From: Lingula anatina
Taxonomy: Eukaryota > Animalia > Brachiopoda
Reading direction: 5' to 3'
DNA length: 64,000 bases
Assembly (NCBI GenBank): GCA_051362555.1
Contig: CM120640.1
Span: 54,476,788 to 54,540,787 of the forward strand
This document shows positions 12,601-24,600 of this stretch, piece after piece. Made by a program: the position numbers and the translations under genes. The notes beneath the pieces are model-generated. The model worked only from the letters and a program-made list of their open reading frames with translations, was not told where the DNA came from and did not search any database. Position 1 is the first letter of the stretch; each line of letters begins with the position of its first letter.

Positions 12601-15600
12601 AACCCCAAAATAAGTTATACATATGTTTTTGAGACCACTGTCTTTTTATATTGACTCATGCATTTTTTTGTTTCACATGTAGCTTTCACATTCACCTAAT
12701 GTGTTGATGTGATGTGACTGAGAATTTAAAACTGTTTTCCAGAAGTATGATGATATGTATAGTTATTTGTAATAAACTTTTATTTTTCTTGGAGACTAGT
12801 AGAAGAAAACTGCATACTTCAATCATTAGACATAAAGTTTTAAAGGATTTTAAAAACTTTCCCATTTAAATTTTAGTTGATTTGGCAGTATCTTCTGCAC
12901 AAGAAGACACTAATTTAGATGAAGAATCTGAGGGTTCTGAATCCAGCACTGCTTTGTCAGGACACAGTTCTGAGCCTATCATGGCTGACCTGGCAGAAGA
13001 TGAACTGACCTCGCGCGATGTTACGGCAGAAGGGGAGGCACAGGGCACAGGCGAGGAAGCTATTGTGGATGTTCAACTTGATGAGGATGAAGAAGAAGTG
13101 GATGGTACTGTTGATGAAGCATATTCAAACCTTGACATTGGCAACATAGCAGAAGATCCAGCTAGCTCACAGAGCAGCAGTATGGACACTTTATTAGAAA
13201 TCAGACCTAGTCCTTCACATAAGCCTAACCTGGAGAGATCATCCACTGAGGATAGGCTGAATGCCAATGTTGACATTGATGAAGATGAGCCTCAGCAAGT
13301 TACAACACAACAACAGAATTCTTGTCCTGTTAAAACTGGGAACATTGGTGACTTCATTAGTTTAGATGAAGCTCCCATTACCTATTGTGCTAGATTGCTG
13401 TGCAGTAAATTTTTGTTGACTGGTTACCCTGAGATGATATTCCCAGACAGGGTGGTGAGAGTTAGTATAAAAGCACAGGCCTTAGCATGTTTGAGCAATG
13501 TTTTGGCAGCCTACCCTAGGATTCTCTTTCTTAAACTTCATGTAAATGATGGTAAGAATAATTAAGTATTTCTAAATAAGTTATCTTTTACATGTTCTAT
13601 GGAATAGATGTTTTTAAACAATTTGTTGCTGAACTTGGCAATTATTCTTTTACACATTCAATACACTGGATAGTTGTGAATTAAAGACTGCTTATTTATC
13701 TTTTCTAGAAAGCAGCCAAAATTTACATGACATTTTACTTTATGCCAATCATCATGATCACCAACTTAAGGGCACCACTGCTGTGCTGATAGGAAGTTTT
13801 ATACAGGCAGTGTTAAAGCAAGCAGGAGGCAGGTTCGATGTAGTAGTGAAACAGTATCAGACAGAAGAGCAAGGTTAGTAAAACAGATCTTTGTGGGATA
13901 TTGGGGATCATTTTGTTGGAAAGTACTCAATAAGGGACTTCTTAGTGACTTTAGCCAGCTTTATACTGTATTGAAAAATGGTTTTGTATTAAAACATGGT
14001 AAGTTTTGGATTGATCGCCACTGTAACTTGACTGGTTAGTAAAAATTCACATCGGAATTTGAAACATGAAACTTCTTTCATGGAGTGTTTTTTTTTTTCT
14101 TTGATTCCCCCCCCCCCCCCCCCCCGCTCCTCCCCATGCCTTGAACTGTAATTGAATAGCCACACATATATATATATATATATATCGTTGTTAACAGATC
14201 TTTTTTAGCAGTATTTTAGAATAAAGATTGACTGGATAAAGCCTAAGTTGATGTCTGCAAGATGAACAAAGATGTTTTTACACTAAATAAAGTGATATAA
14301 TCTTTTTTAATTTTAAGTGTTTGTTAAATAATAGACATTGGCTTTCAATCTTAGTAAAAACAGCTAATAAACAATTTGAAAAAAGCAATCATGATTGTCA
14401 GGTAAAATGTTATTTGAATTTCCAGGCCCAGATTTTGTCACCTTGTCAGGCCTGTTGAACACATTGATTGTGATCCTTGAGGATGACTCTGCAGTTGCAG
14501 CAAGACTGGCCATAATGGCTACCAAGCTATGCCTGAGTAGTGTGCTAAACAGCATTGACTGTGAGCTGGGCCTCAAGACTTTGATCAAAGTACTACAATT
14601 AAAGTCAAATCCCTATTGGCTGGTAAAGGTAATATATACATGATGGAGTGAATGTTCTGATTCATCCAGTAGAGTGATATCTCATAAGAGGAAATTTTGA
14701 ATCTAATCCTGGACTTAGAACATAATAAAGCAATGATCCGATGGTGCCACACATTTTCCAGTTAAAGATGGGTGGTACTGATTACTATTACAGATTGTTG
14801 TGTTAGTATTTCCTTAGTGCAGTATTAGATTTTTTTTCCTCTTATGTATTCTTGTATTTTGCAAACTAAAAAAAAAACACTGTTTTTAGAAATGTTACTT
14901 ATTTTATTTGGATTGAATGTTTATTGCTAAAGATTTTTACTTCAAGAAAAAGGAGTGGTTTTGATGTCAAATAATTGCATATTACAAACATTGTTTGTAT
15001 GATTCTAGCAAACCTAAGTGCATTTCTCACCATCCTCTTGTGTCTTCTCCAGGTTGAGTTGTTGGATCTTCTCTCAGAGATTGACTTCAAAGTAGTTTCT
15101 TTCTTAGAGAATACATGTATGGAGGTTGGCAAAGATGGACATCATTTTATTGGAGTAAGTTGAGTGAGGAATGTACTCTTATTCAATAAAAAGATACCTT
15201 TTAGGATTAATTAAAGGTTTTGTTGTTTTTTTCTGTGGAAAAGAGATAGTGAAATGTGAATTTCTTCATTTGCGCTGGACTGAAAGAGTGTGATTACTGA
15301 TTACAATGGCTAGATGTCCCCCCTCCCCCCCCAAAAAAGAGTGGACAGTAAGATTTGGTATAGACCATAGAATTCTATGTAATATGAATGGCATTGCATG
15401 TTTCAGAGTCTGAACCTCCAGCAGCGTGTCCTGGAAGATGTGGTATTATATCTGCTGGCAGATGAAGACACAAGAGTGAGGACTGCTGCTGCTACAGCAC
15501 TTGTCAAGTTAGTTGCATTTTGAACTGTTATCTAATGAATTTAAAATGAGAACTGTTAGAGAGATAACAAGAATATCTAGTACTAAGTAATTAGAGTTAT

Positions 15601-18600
15601 AACAACAGCATATGTTAAGGAACATGAGGCATACATTGCAAGTGAAAGGTAAAAGATGTCAATTCATTAACAAGATGCAGTTAAATTAGATATTAAAAGA
15701 AAAAAAAAACCCGAGTCCTATTCACTTGAAGTTCAGAGTGGACATTTGCTCTAAGTTTCTGAAACATTATCCAGGTTCAAGATCACAGTGATGTTAAGCA
15801 AATAAAAAATAATAAATGTCCTTTGAATGATGACTTACAATATTTCCTTTAGATTAGTTCCCAATTTATTCTTCCCTGTGGATCACCCCCAACAAGACCC
15901 AGTAATTGCCAAATCCAAGGAGTTCACTGATGCTTTCTTGGATCCTGTTTTACATGAGTGGTCTCAGGATCCCCAGCCTTTACTGCATGGACTAGTGGAA
16001 CCTTACCATTTCAATCCATATAGAGGATACAGTGAAGCCACAGAAGGAAGTTTATCTAGAGTTTTGGCATTACTCACCAGGGTCTTGACAAAGTCATCTT
16101 CAAAATATTTAACAGTGAGTTGATGAAATAATTTTTCTGATTATTATTAGTAGAAGGAAGCAAGTTTTTTTCTGTTGATCACTATGACGTTATCTAGTCA
16201 GGCTCAAAATATTTCACTCTGTGTACCTTTAAATGTTTTTTCAACTTGGTTATATAGAATGAGTGAAACAAATGTAACCAGCTCTGAGAAGAAGAGTAAC
16301 ACAAATTTCACCTTGGACAAATTTAGACAAGAAATTATTTGCATTAAAAAAAATTATCATTTTAGTATGGGTGCTGCCATGCTCTGTGTGAACTGTCAGA
16401 GGCTTACAGGGTAACCCAGTATGCTGATGGGTGGGGGTGTACATATAGTACCTCACACAATGCTAAAGATTATGGTGGGAAACCTCATAAAAGATCTGCC
16501 AGCAGTAGACCATCTAGTACTTCCAGGTAAATGGTTTTACATCGATTTCTTTATCCTTGTGATGAAGGACCCCAGGGATTTAGTTTTGATGTTGTAACCC
16601 TTTGCTGTTAGCTTAATTTGTCTGTGTATTTAGAGGTTTACAGTCAAACACTTTCTGTTGAAATTTATGTCAAAGGAAAAATAAAAGTTCTTAAGGGAAA
16701 AATTAGGTTTTGATATCTTCTTACATAGGTACTAGATATTGTAAATACATGGTAATGTTGTAATTTGGTAACAACAAGTAAATTTCTTTATACTGTAGTA
16801 TTTCAGTAGATGAGCTGACCAGCTCTGGCTGTGGACCACTGTCCATTGTACTCTCATTACTGACCTCATCTGTGGCAGCACTGGACATTGCTGCTCATCA
16901 AGATGCCTTGCAGCTGGCAGGAAACCTCTTTGCAGGTAATAATGAATGTAATTGAAGAGAAGTAGTCATTGCATTTATCACGTATTTGTGAATTTAAAGA
17001 ATGTATATTTGGTTTCACAAAAGCTCTCTTAATGCTTCTGACATAGTAGATATAAAGTGGCATGCAAATTAATCTTATTAGATTATTTCATAGAAATAAT
17101 TATAACTGCCTTCTGCTTATATGTTGCTTGTTATTCTGCATTACCAATACTTTAATTGCTAGTGTATATAATACTGATATTTGTTGATTTTCAGGGGCCT
17201 CTTTCAAATGCCTGAAAAATGAGCAGAAAGGGTCACCCACAAATGCTACAGCAGACGACACTAGATGGTCAGCTCTGCAGGACAGACAGCTGCTCCCTCT
17301 GGTGGAACAGTTACTAGCTCATGTTGCCAGGTGATGAGGACACTTATAATTTCTAATTGCTAATTTAAAAGTAACTTTTTAGATATAATTTTAGACACAA
17401 TATTTGTATTTGTTTTAAATAAAAAAATGTAGTTATTAATAATAAAAGTTGGAAGTTTTTATTTACCTTATATTGATGATGACTAAATGAAATTAATTTG
17501 GTTAAAGTTTTTGATATGGACCATTTTTTCTTTATACATTTTTGCCCAGTGTTAAGTGTTTATGTGAAGTTTTAATTTTGATCTTTTTATAGGTTACTGA
17601 ATATCTTTACCCACATCATTGATGGCCAGGTTCCAGGGCCCCCACAGACACGTCCTACTTTACCTTCTCTCCCGAATGCACCTTCCCTAAGTCCCATGAA
17701 AAGAAAGAGCAAGTTGAAAGATGACTTGCTTACCCCAGGGAACCCAGTGGCAGCTTCTGACACCAAGAGCTCACAAAAGACTCCAGGCAAAGGTATGACA
17801 AGTATACTAGGAGAGGAATGTGAACCACATGTGTCATTACTAATTTGTATATATTATTCTTATTATTGTTTATACATATATATATATATTTTATGTCATC
17901 AGCTACATATAATGAATATTGAAAATCGTGATATTTTAAGAACTAAAAATCATGAGCTGGAAAGATATTTGATTTATGTATTGTTCAACACAAGAAAAAT
18001 TGTATGCTGCTTTATTAAGGTAAAATTTAAATTATGGAAAATCCTCTTTTTGGTATAAATCTATATTGGGTATACCACTGGGAATATTGACTCTTACTGT
18101 CAGTTATATTTTTCCACAGAGAAAGAAAAGGATGGTGACAAAGAAAAGAGCAAAAAGGAAGGCATAGGGGTATTCTATAACCTTCCTCAGTATGTGAAAT
18201 TCTACGAAGTTCTGAAAGGAGCTCACTCTAACTATCAGTCCACACTAGATCTGGGAAGTACAGATAAATTTTGCTCCCTGTTAAAGACAACCCTAGACGT
18301 GCTATCTCAGTTGTTGGAGATTGCTACTCTTCAGGAGGTTGGAAAATATACAGATGAGTTGCTGGGATTTCTGAAGACTACATTTGGACTGGAGGCCAAG
18401 TCCACAGTTTTATGTGTACAGCAGGTAAAAGGAAAAATTGTGTATTGTGTATCTGTTTTATCAAGAATTATAAATTTCAGTTTTATACATATATGGGAAA
18501 GGTTTGTATTGTTTCTAGTAGATGATAGTAGATTTTTGTCGGTTTATTCTGACCATTCAAGAAAATAAGAATTCAGTATTGCTAAGCTTTAGGCTGCTAC

Positions 18601-21600
18601 AAAATTAAAATACATCTAAATTGTTGAACTTTCATATTAGCAGATACATTTTGAAACAGTGCACCATGCCTTTGTCTTTGAAGCTGTTGAAGTCCCTGTT
18701 TGGTACTAACTTGTCCAGCCAGTGGGACAGTGGGTATGCCAACAGCCTGGGACACAAGCCTAGTAGGATGTCCCGCCTGGCTGGTGGCATGCAGCCTGGC
18801 CTGTACCACAGCTGTCTCACCACACCATACACACACTTCACACAGTCACTGGCTGCCACTGCCTTCAAGACTGCACCCAAAGCTGAGGAGGAGGACAGCT
18901 CCAGGTTGGTTGGACCTCTGCCAATCTTCTTATGAAATCGAGCATTATTTCTTGTTTTGTTTGAATGTAAACTTGTCTGATGTATTTTACCTGTTGGTTT
19001 TGTTAAATTATACTAACTAGCTAAGATGTAATAAGAGTTTATTCAGCCATTGATAGATAAATTGAAATTCACATATAACGGAAATTGTGTTGCTATTCGG
19101 TGAATAAAGGGAATATTTATGTGATGGAAATGGAAATCCACCAATTCAAAATGTGTGTGGAATCGAAGTCATTGTGGTACAATTTCATCTGTTGCATTTT
19201 ATTTTATTTTTTTTACAGCTTATTGGGTTGGCTGAAGAAGAGATCAGAGAGAAAAATTCCTGCCATTTTAAAACCTGGAAGCAAGACAGACAAGGTATGT
19301 TAAACTAATATATTGGGTACTAATAATTTTTATGTCTCTTCATCACAGTAACAAATTTTAGATTCATATCATAACATTATGAACATTTATTTAAATTTGA
19401 TATTTTGGTATATTTACTGTAATGCAGAAAGTTTTACTGAAAAAGGAGTGCATATTTCTCAGCATCAAAATATCCCAATATTTGAAAAATTATTAGAGCT
19501 TAGAGCTAAGCACACATGAATATTTGCAGAATGCCATAGCAGCCTACATCCGTCTGTTTGAGGCCCTGGTGATTAAGTCTCTGAAGCAGTACACAGTGAC
19601 CACCTCCCTGGGACTACAGCAGCAGGTGCTTGATCTGCTGGCTCAACTGGTCCAGCTTAGGGTCAACTACTGCCTGCTGGACTCTGACCAGGTTGGTGCC
19701 CTCAAATATTATCAAATTCTGTGGAAAAATTATCTTGTTTTTTAGGGTGAATCTCTTTGTGTGTGTGTGTGTGTGTGTGCGTGTGCGTGTGCATGCGTGC
19801 GTGCGTGTGTGTGTCAAAATTGTTAACAGGTTGTTGAATATTAATTTGATAAAACATTAGGATAGAGAATTTTCATTTTTTTAAAGATTAGTATTATTGA
19901 TTTTGATTTATTACAGATCTTGTAAATGACTTTCAGTGTTTTGTCGGTAGCATACATTTGCATGAAGCTTCAGCTCTGTTTTTTTTTTCAATGCAGATTT
20001 TTATTGGATTTGTCATAAAACAGTTTGAATATGTTGAAGAAGGGCAGATCAGGTAAGAGATGTTCAGAAACAGCTTTTTTTATGTCAGATTTTCTTGCAT
20101 TTAGGAGTTGAACATATGGATTGAAATGCACTCTAAGAAGTCACTGCATATGCATTCTATGTTTTTATTTAAATAAATATTGGTTTATTAAATAGGAGAG
20201 CGCAAATACATTTGGCACAAATTTCTCTGCTATAACTTCTAAGACACAATTTTTCAATTATTACATTTATTTAATTCCTCATATTCACATTAAGATTGTT
20301 ATATTGATATTAGTGGCTCTGAGCTTCTTATCCCTCACATCTTCAACTTCCTGGTGCTCCTGTCTTATGAGCGTTACCACTCCAAGACCATCATTGGCAT
20401 GCCTAAGATCATCCAGCTATGTGATGGGATAATGGCCAGTGGTCAGCCACCAGTCACTCACGGTAAGAATAAGACAATGTACCACATGGACATTGCAGAT
20501 GTCAAAAAGAAATAGAATCAGCAATATTTATAATGTGAAGGAAATGATGAGACTCCTTGCCACATTGACACAAGTATGCCGAAATGTTTCTTTAAAAACC
20601 ATAGAGTCAGTTTTTTAAATGGAGACCATTATTACAGAAAAGATGTTTTTGTTTTTAAAGCTTAGTAGCTAACAGAAAGGCAGCAGATAAAGTTACATGA
20701 CAAATGTTAATTATATGTGTATGAAGCACCCACATTGTTGTACTTCCAGCTATTCCAGCCCTTCAGCCCATAGTGTATGACTTATTTGTGTTAAGAACAA
20801 ACAAAGCAGACACTAGTAAAGATGTTGACACACAGAGAGAGGTGGTTGTGTCCATGTTGTTAAGGCTTATCCACTACTATCAGGTAAGGGGTGGGGAAGA
20901 ACTGAATGGGGAACTAGATACCTTTTATATTGATATGTTTTTTCTTGTTGAATTGTTATTTTACGTATATTAATAATGCAGTGTGAAAATATTGAAAGTA
21001 TTTATAAATGAACTAGTTTTATAAGTGATGGTTATTACAATTACAATACATACTGTGGTTCCAACAGGAAGTGGGTGAATTGAGTACAAGAAGTAGATTC
21101 CTTCAAATGAACCACACGTTTTATTCAATTCAATTACAGACACAATATGTCAGTGATAATGAAAATGTTAATTTTACATAAGTTATTAGTTTTTAGTTAA
21201 AGCTTTTAGTTTTCAGTTGCAGAGTTGTAGCCATCTTCTGACAGATTTTACCAGGGTGGAAAGGTCACATTTGTGTACTAATGCAGCAATGGCACCAGTG
21301 TCTGAAAATTGAGACTATGTTTTGTTGTTTGATGAAATGCTTTTGAAAACATTTTCTTTCCCTTACTTCGTACTTTGATTCCATTTGTTGTTGATGTGTT
21401 TTCAGGTGCTTGAACTGTTGATAGTTGTACTTCATCAGTGTCATAAAGAGAATGAAGAGAAATGGAAACGCTTGTCCAGACAAGTCACAGATATGGTGCT
21501 ACCATTACTTGCTAAACAGCAGGTATGGAGATTAGTCTTTTACTCAAAAACATAGTTTTATTAAGACTAGAATGTTCTTGTACATCATTTGGAAGTATGA

Positions 21601-24600
21601 GACAAAGATGATTTAATATGTTTTTGTTAAAAAAATTATGAGTAAATTTATTAAGCTAAACAGTCTGTTTGGAACATTTCACATGATTCTTTCACCACCA
21701 TATTGCCCTCTGGTAAAATAATAAGTGGAAACCCCCTCTTTTGTTCACCAAATAAATTCAATAATAATTTTTTTTTTGTACCAAAAGGTATCAGATCATT
21801 TCTTCTCATACTATTTTATTTGCAGATTGATTTCTATTGTCTCTTTTATGATCACCTTTTGAACAAAGGTAGATGTATGTAAAATTTGATTTCATTTTTA
21901 AAGTATTCAAGTCCAAAATCTAAATTAAGTTGCATGCTTCATAGTGTTAACTTACACTTAGCCAACCCAGAATGTTAACATTTATGATTAATTGTCTCAG
22001 ATCAACCTAGACAGCCAGCCAGCCTTGGATGTTCTCCACAGACTGTTTGACTCTGTTGCTCCCAGTGTCTTCAGACCAGTGGACATCCTGCTTCGGTCTC
22101 TGTTTGCACCTCCCTATGATGTGGTCAGTACTGGGATAATGCACAAAGAAAAACTGCTCATAATTAATATATATGTTACATGGATAGTATTTACTGAAAT
22201 GATTTAATGTGCTGTGGTATTTGACTAGTTCTCATTGTCTTCCCATGCTATCTGGTTGCAGAGTTGTTCCAGTAGCCTGTCCAAGTGGCTGTGCCTGGTT
22301 CTGTCTGTGCTGCGTGTTCTTATTTCCCAGTCCAAGGAAGATGTGGTGTTGTCTAGACTGCAGGAACTCAGTCTGAGGATCAACATCTACACTGACACGG
22401 CCACCTGTGGGCAGTGGGAAAATAAGGCTGCAAGACAGCAGGATGGGATGACCCCAGAAGAAACATTTGCTAGGTGACTGAAAAGATATTGATTCTTAGT
22501 TAAGAAGTCCCTGGAATAGTGGTTTGATGTAAATCTTAATGAAAGATGTATTGTCTACTGTATAGCTGATGTATCAATATCACTAAGGTGTTGCATTGGT
22601 ATGAAACTTGAAGTTTTAATGCTGTAAAAACCACAATGTAGTAAAAAGCATTATGTGTTTTCTCTTTCCAGGTTTCTGTTGCAGGTGGTTGGTGTGGTTG
22701 GTCAGCAGGTGGCCTGCAGCTGTACCACACTGGTGGACAGTAACAGCACCAGCTTGTATCTGTGTCAACAACTAGCCCACTTTCTGCTCTATGTCACTCA
22801 CATGTTCCAGTCAGGTACACGTTAAGTTGTTTGTACATATTAATGGTTTACTTAACATCTGTGACATTCTTTTAAATTTCATTCATTGTAAATGGTTAGA
22901 AGTAATTTTAGAAACGATTTGACTGGGGAACATATTACTGTGGTTGTTCTAACTGTTAAATAATACATGCTTGAAAGGTCTTATTGAAATACTATGCCCT
23001 TCATAAAGTTTAATGTTTATTTCATTTTTAACCTGGATATTGTGGCTAATAATTTCAGGTCAGTTCAGAAAGGTTGCGACATCTGCTATGTCCCTGATCA
23101 AGCAGCAGGTTCCTGATTACTTCTACAGTGTCCAGGAGCTGAACAAGGCATTCAAGGAGATGTCCAGTATACATCCTACCCTGACCCTGCAGTGGAGTAA
23201 TGTGTTGATCTTACTGAACTATGAGGAACAGCACTGGTGGAGTGACATCATGCAGACACCCAGGAAATATGTGCTGTCTAGTCCAGCGTAAGTTTTCTAG
23301 TGTGTGTTATGAGTCTGTATTAACCACATGGAGCTTTTTTCTTGATGGCGTTGTTTGTTTTCTGAAATCATATTTGACCATTTTGCAAACTCTTTTTCAA
23401 TCAATGAACTTTTTTATTGTACCACCAGCGTTAGCGCTGGCGGTACACATGGTTTCGGTCCCGTCCGGATCGTTCCGCCGGCTCCGCCGGCTCCGTTGGC
23501 TCCGCCGGCTCCGCCGGCTCCGCCGGACGGCTACCGTTACCGCTTCTCCTCCTAGACAGTAAGGGCCCCCGTACCCATCTCATGGATTTAGGTCACCTAT
23601 AATCTCAACTCGTTCCACGTAAAATTTGGGCTTTGTCGGTATTGGGGTCTGGGTGTGGCACTCATTGCAATGCACCCTTGTCTAAAAATGGCAAAATTAA
23701 ATGCTAATTATCTACCCTACGGAAGGAGTTATGGGAATAATTTCTATAGACGGCTTTCCAAAAGTCATATGTGTAGATTTCAAATATACCCTTGGATTTG
23801 ACCTGTGACCTTTACTTCAAGGTCAAATGGGCCAAAATTTTCAAAAAAATTAAATTTTTTACGAAAAAAATTTTTTTTGCCCTGTTATTCAGACACCACA
23901 CAGACTTAACCAATAATATTATTGGAAGGTGTTACCCTTCAGGTCATCTTTCATCTCCATGAATTTGGGGTCAATCGGTGCATTTTCACGGGAGTAGCGG
24001 CCATAAGATACCAGACTGAAAACTGTCTCTAATTCGGGAACCGTTAATGCTAGAGACCCATTCTTTTTTGCATTTTGTAGAGCATGTAAAGCCCAACACT
24101 GGAGGTGGTCTCGGTTTTTTTGTATTCCATACGGTTTTCGAGTTACGCTGTATCAAAAAGTACATATTGGTGGTAAAAGCAAAATGTGCAGTACGGTAAT
24201 GGATAATAAATTTTGAACTCTGGAAAAATAAAACATAAGGCTTGGCAAAGCAGACAACTTGTGTTCAAAAATGACATTATTTCATCAAATTTGAACTTCT
24301 GAAACTTCAGAGCACCTCCTATTTCAAGAATTTTGACCAAAATGACATTTTCTTTATTTTAATTAATTTTTTCTGTACGAAATTTAAGGCACATTATGGT
24401 AACTCCAAAATTATAACATTTAGTCCCTTATATCTCCAAAACTGGCAGAGATAGGTCCATAGTTACTATTGAAGTTGAATAGGAAGTCATATACTGGCAA
24501 TCTTACTATGACCTTGAAAGTGACCTTTGACCTACTTTTCACCATGAACTGAACTTTGCAAATTTTTCTTCCCTTTTATCTCCAAAACTGGCAGAGATAG

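Noticed and set aside
14106-14125. Poly-C run (potential G-quadruplex on the other strand)
   Set aside because: Simple homopolymer in an intron, length prone to sequencing error; no evidence of function.
23355-23555. ORF with [17 protein letters not shown] resembling the huntingtin polyproline tract
   Set aside because: It is the translation of the transposon's 9-bp microsatellite inside intron 29; exons 29 and 30 join in frame without it.
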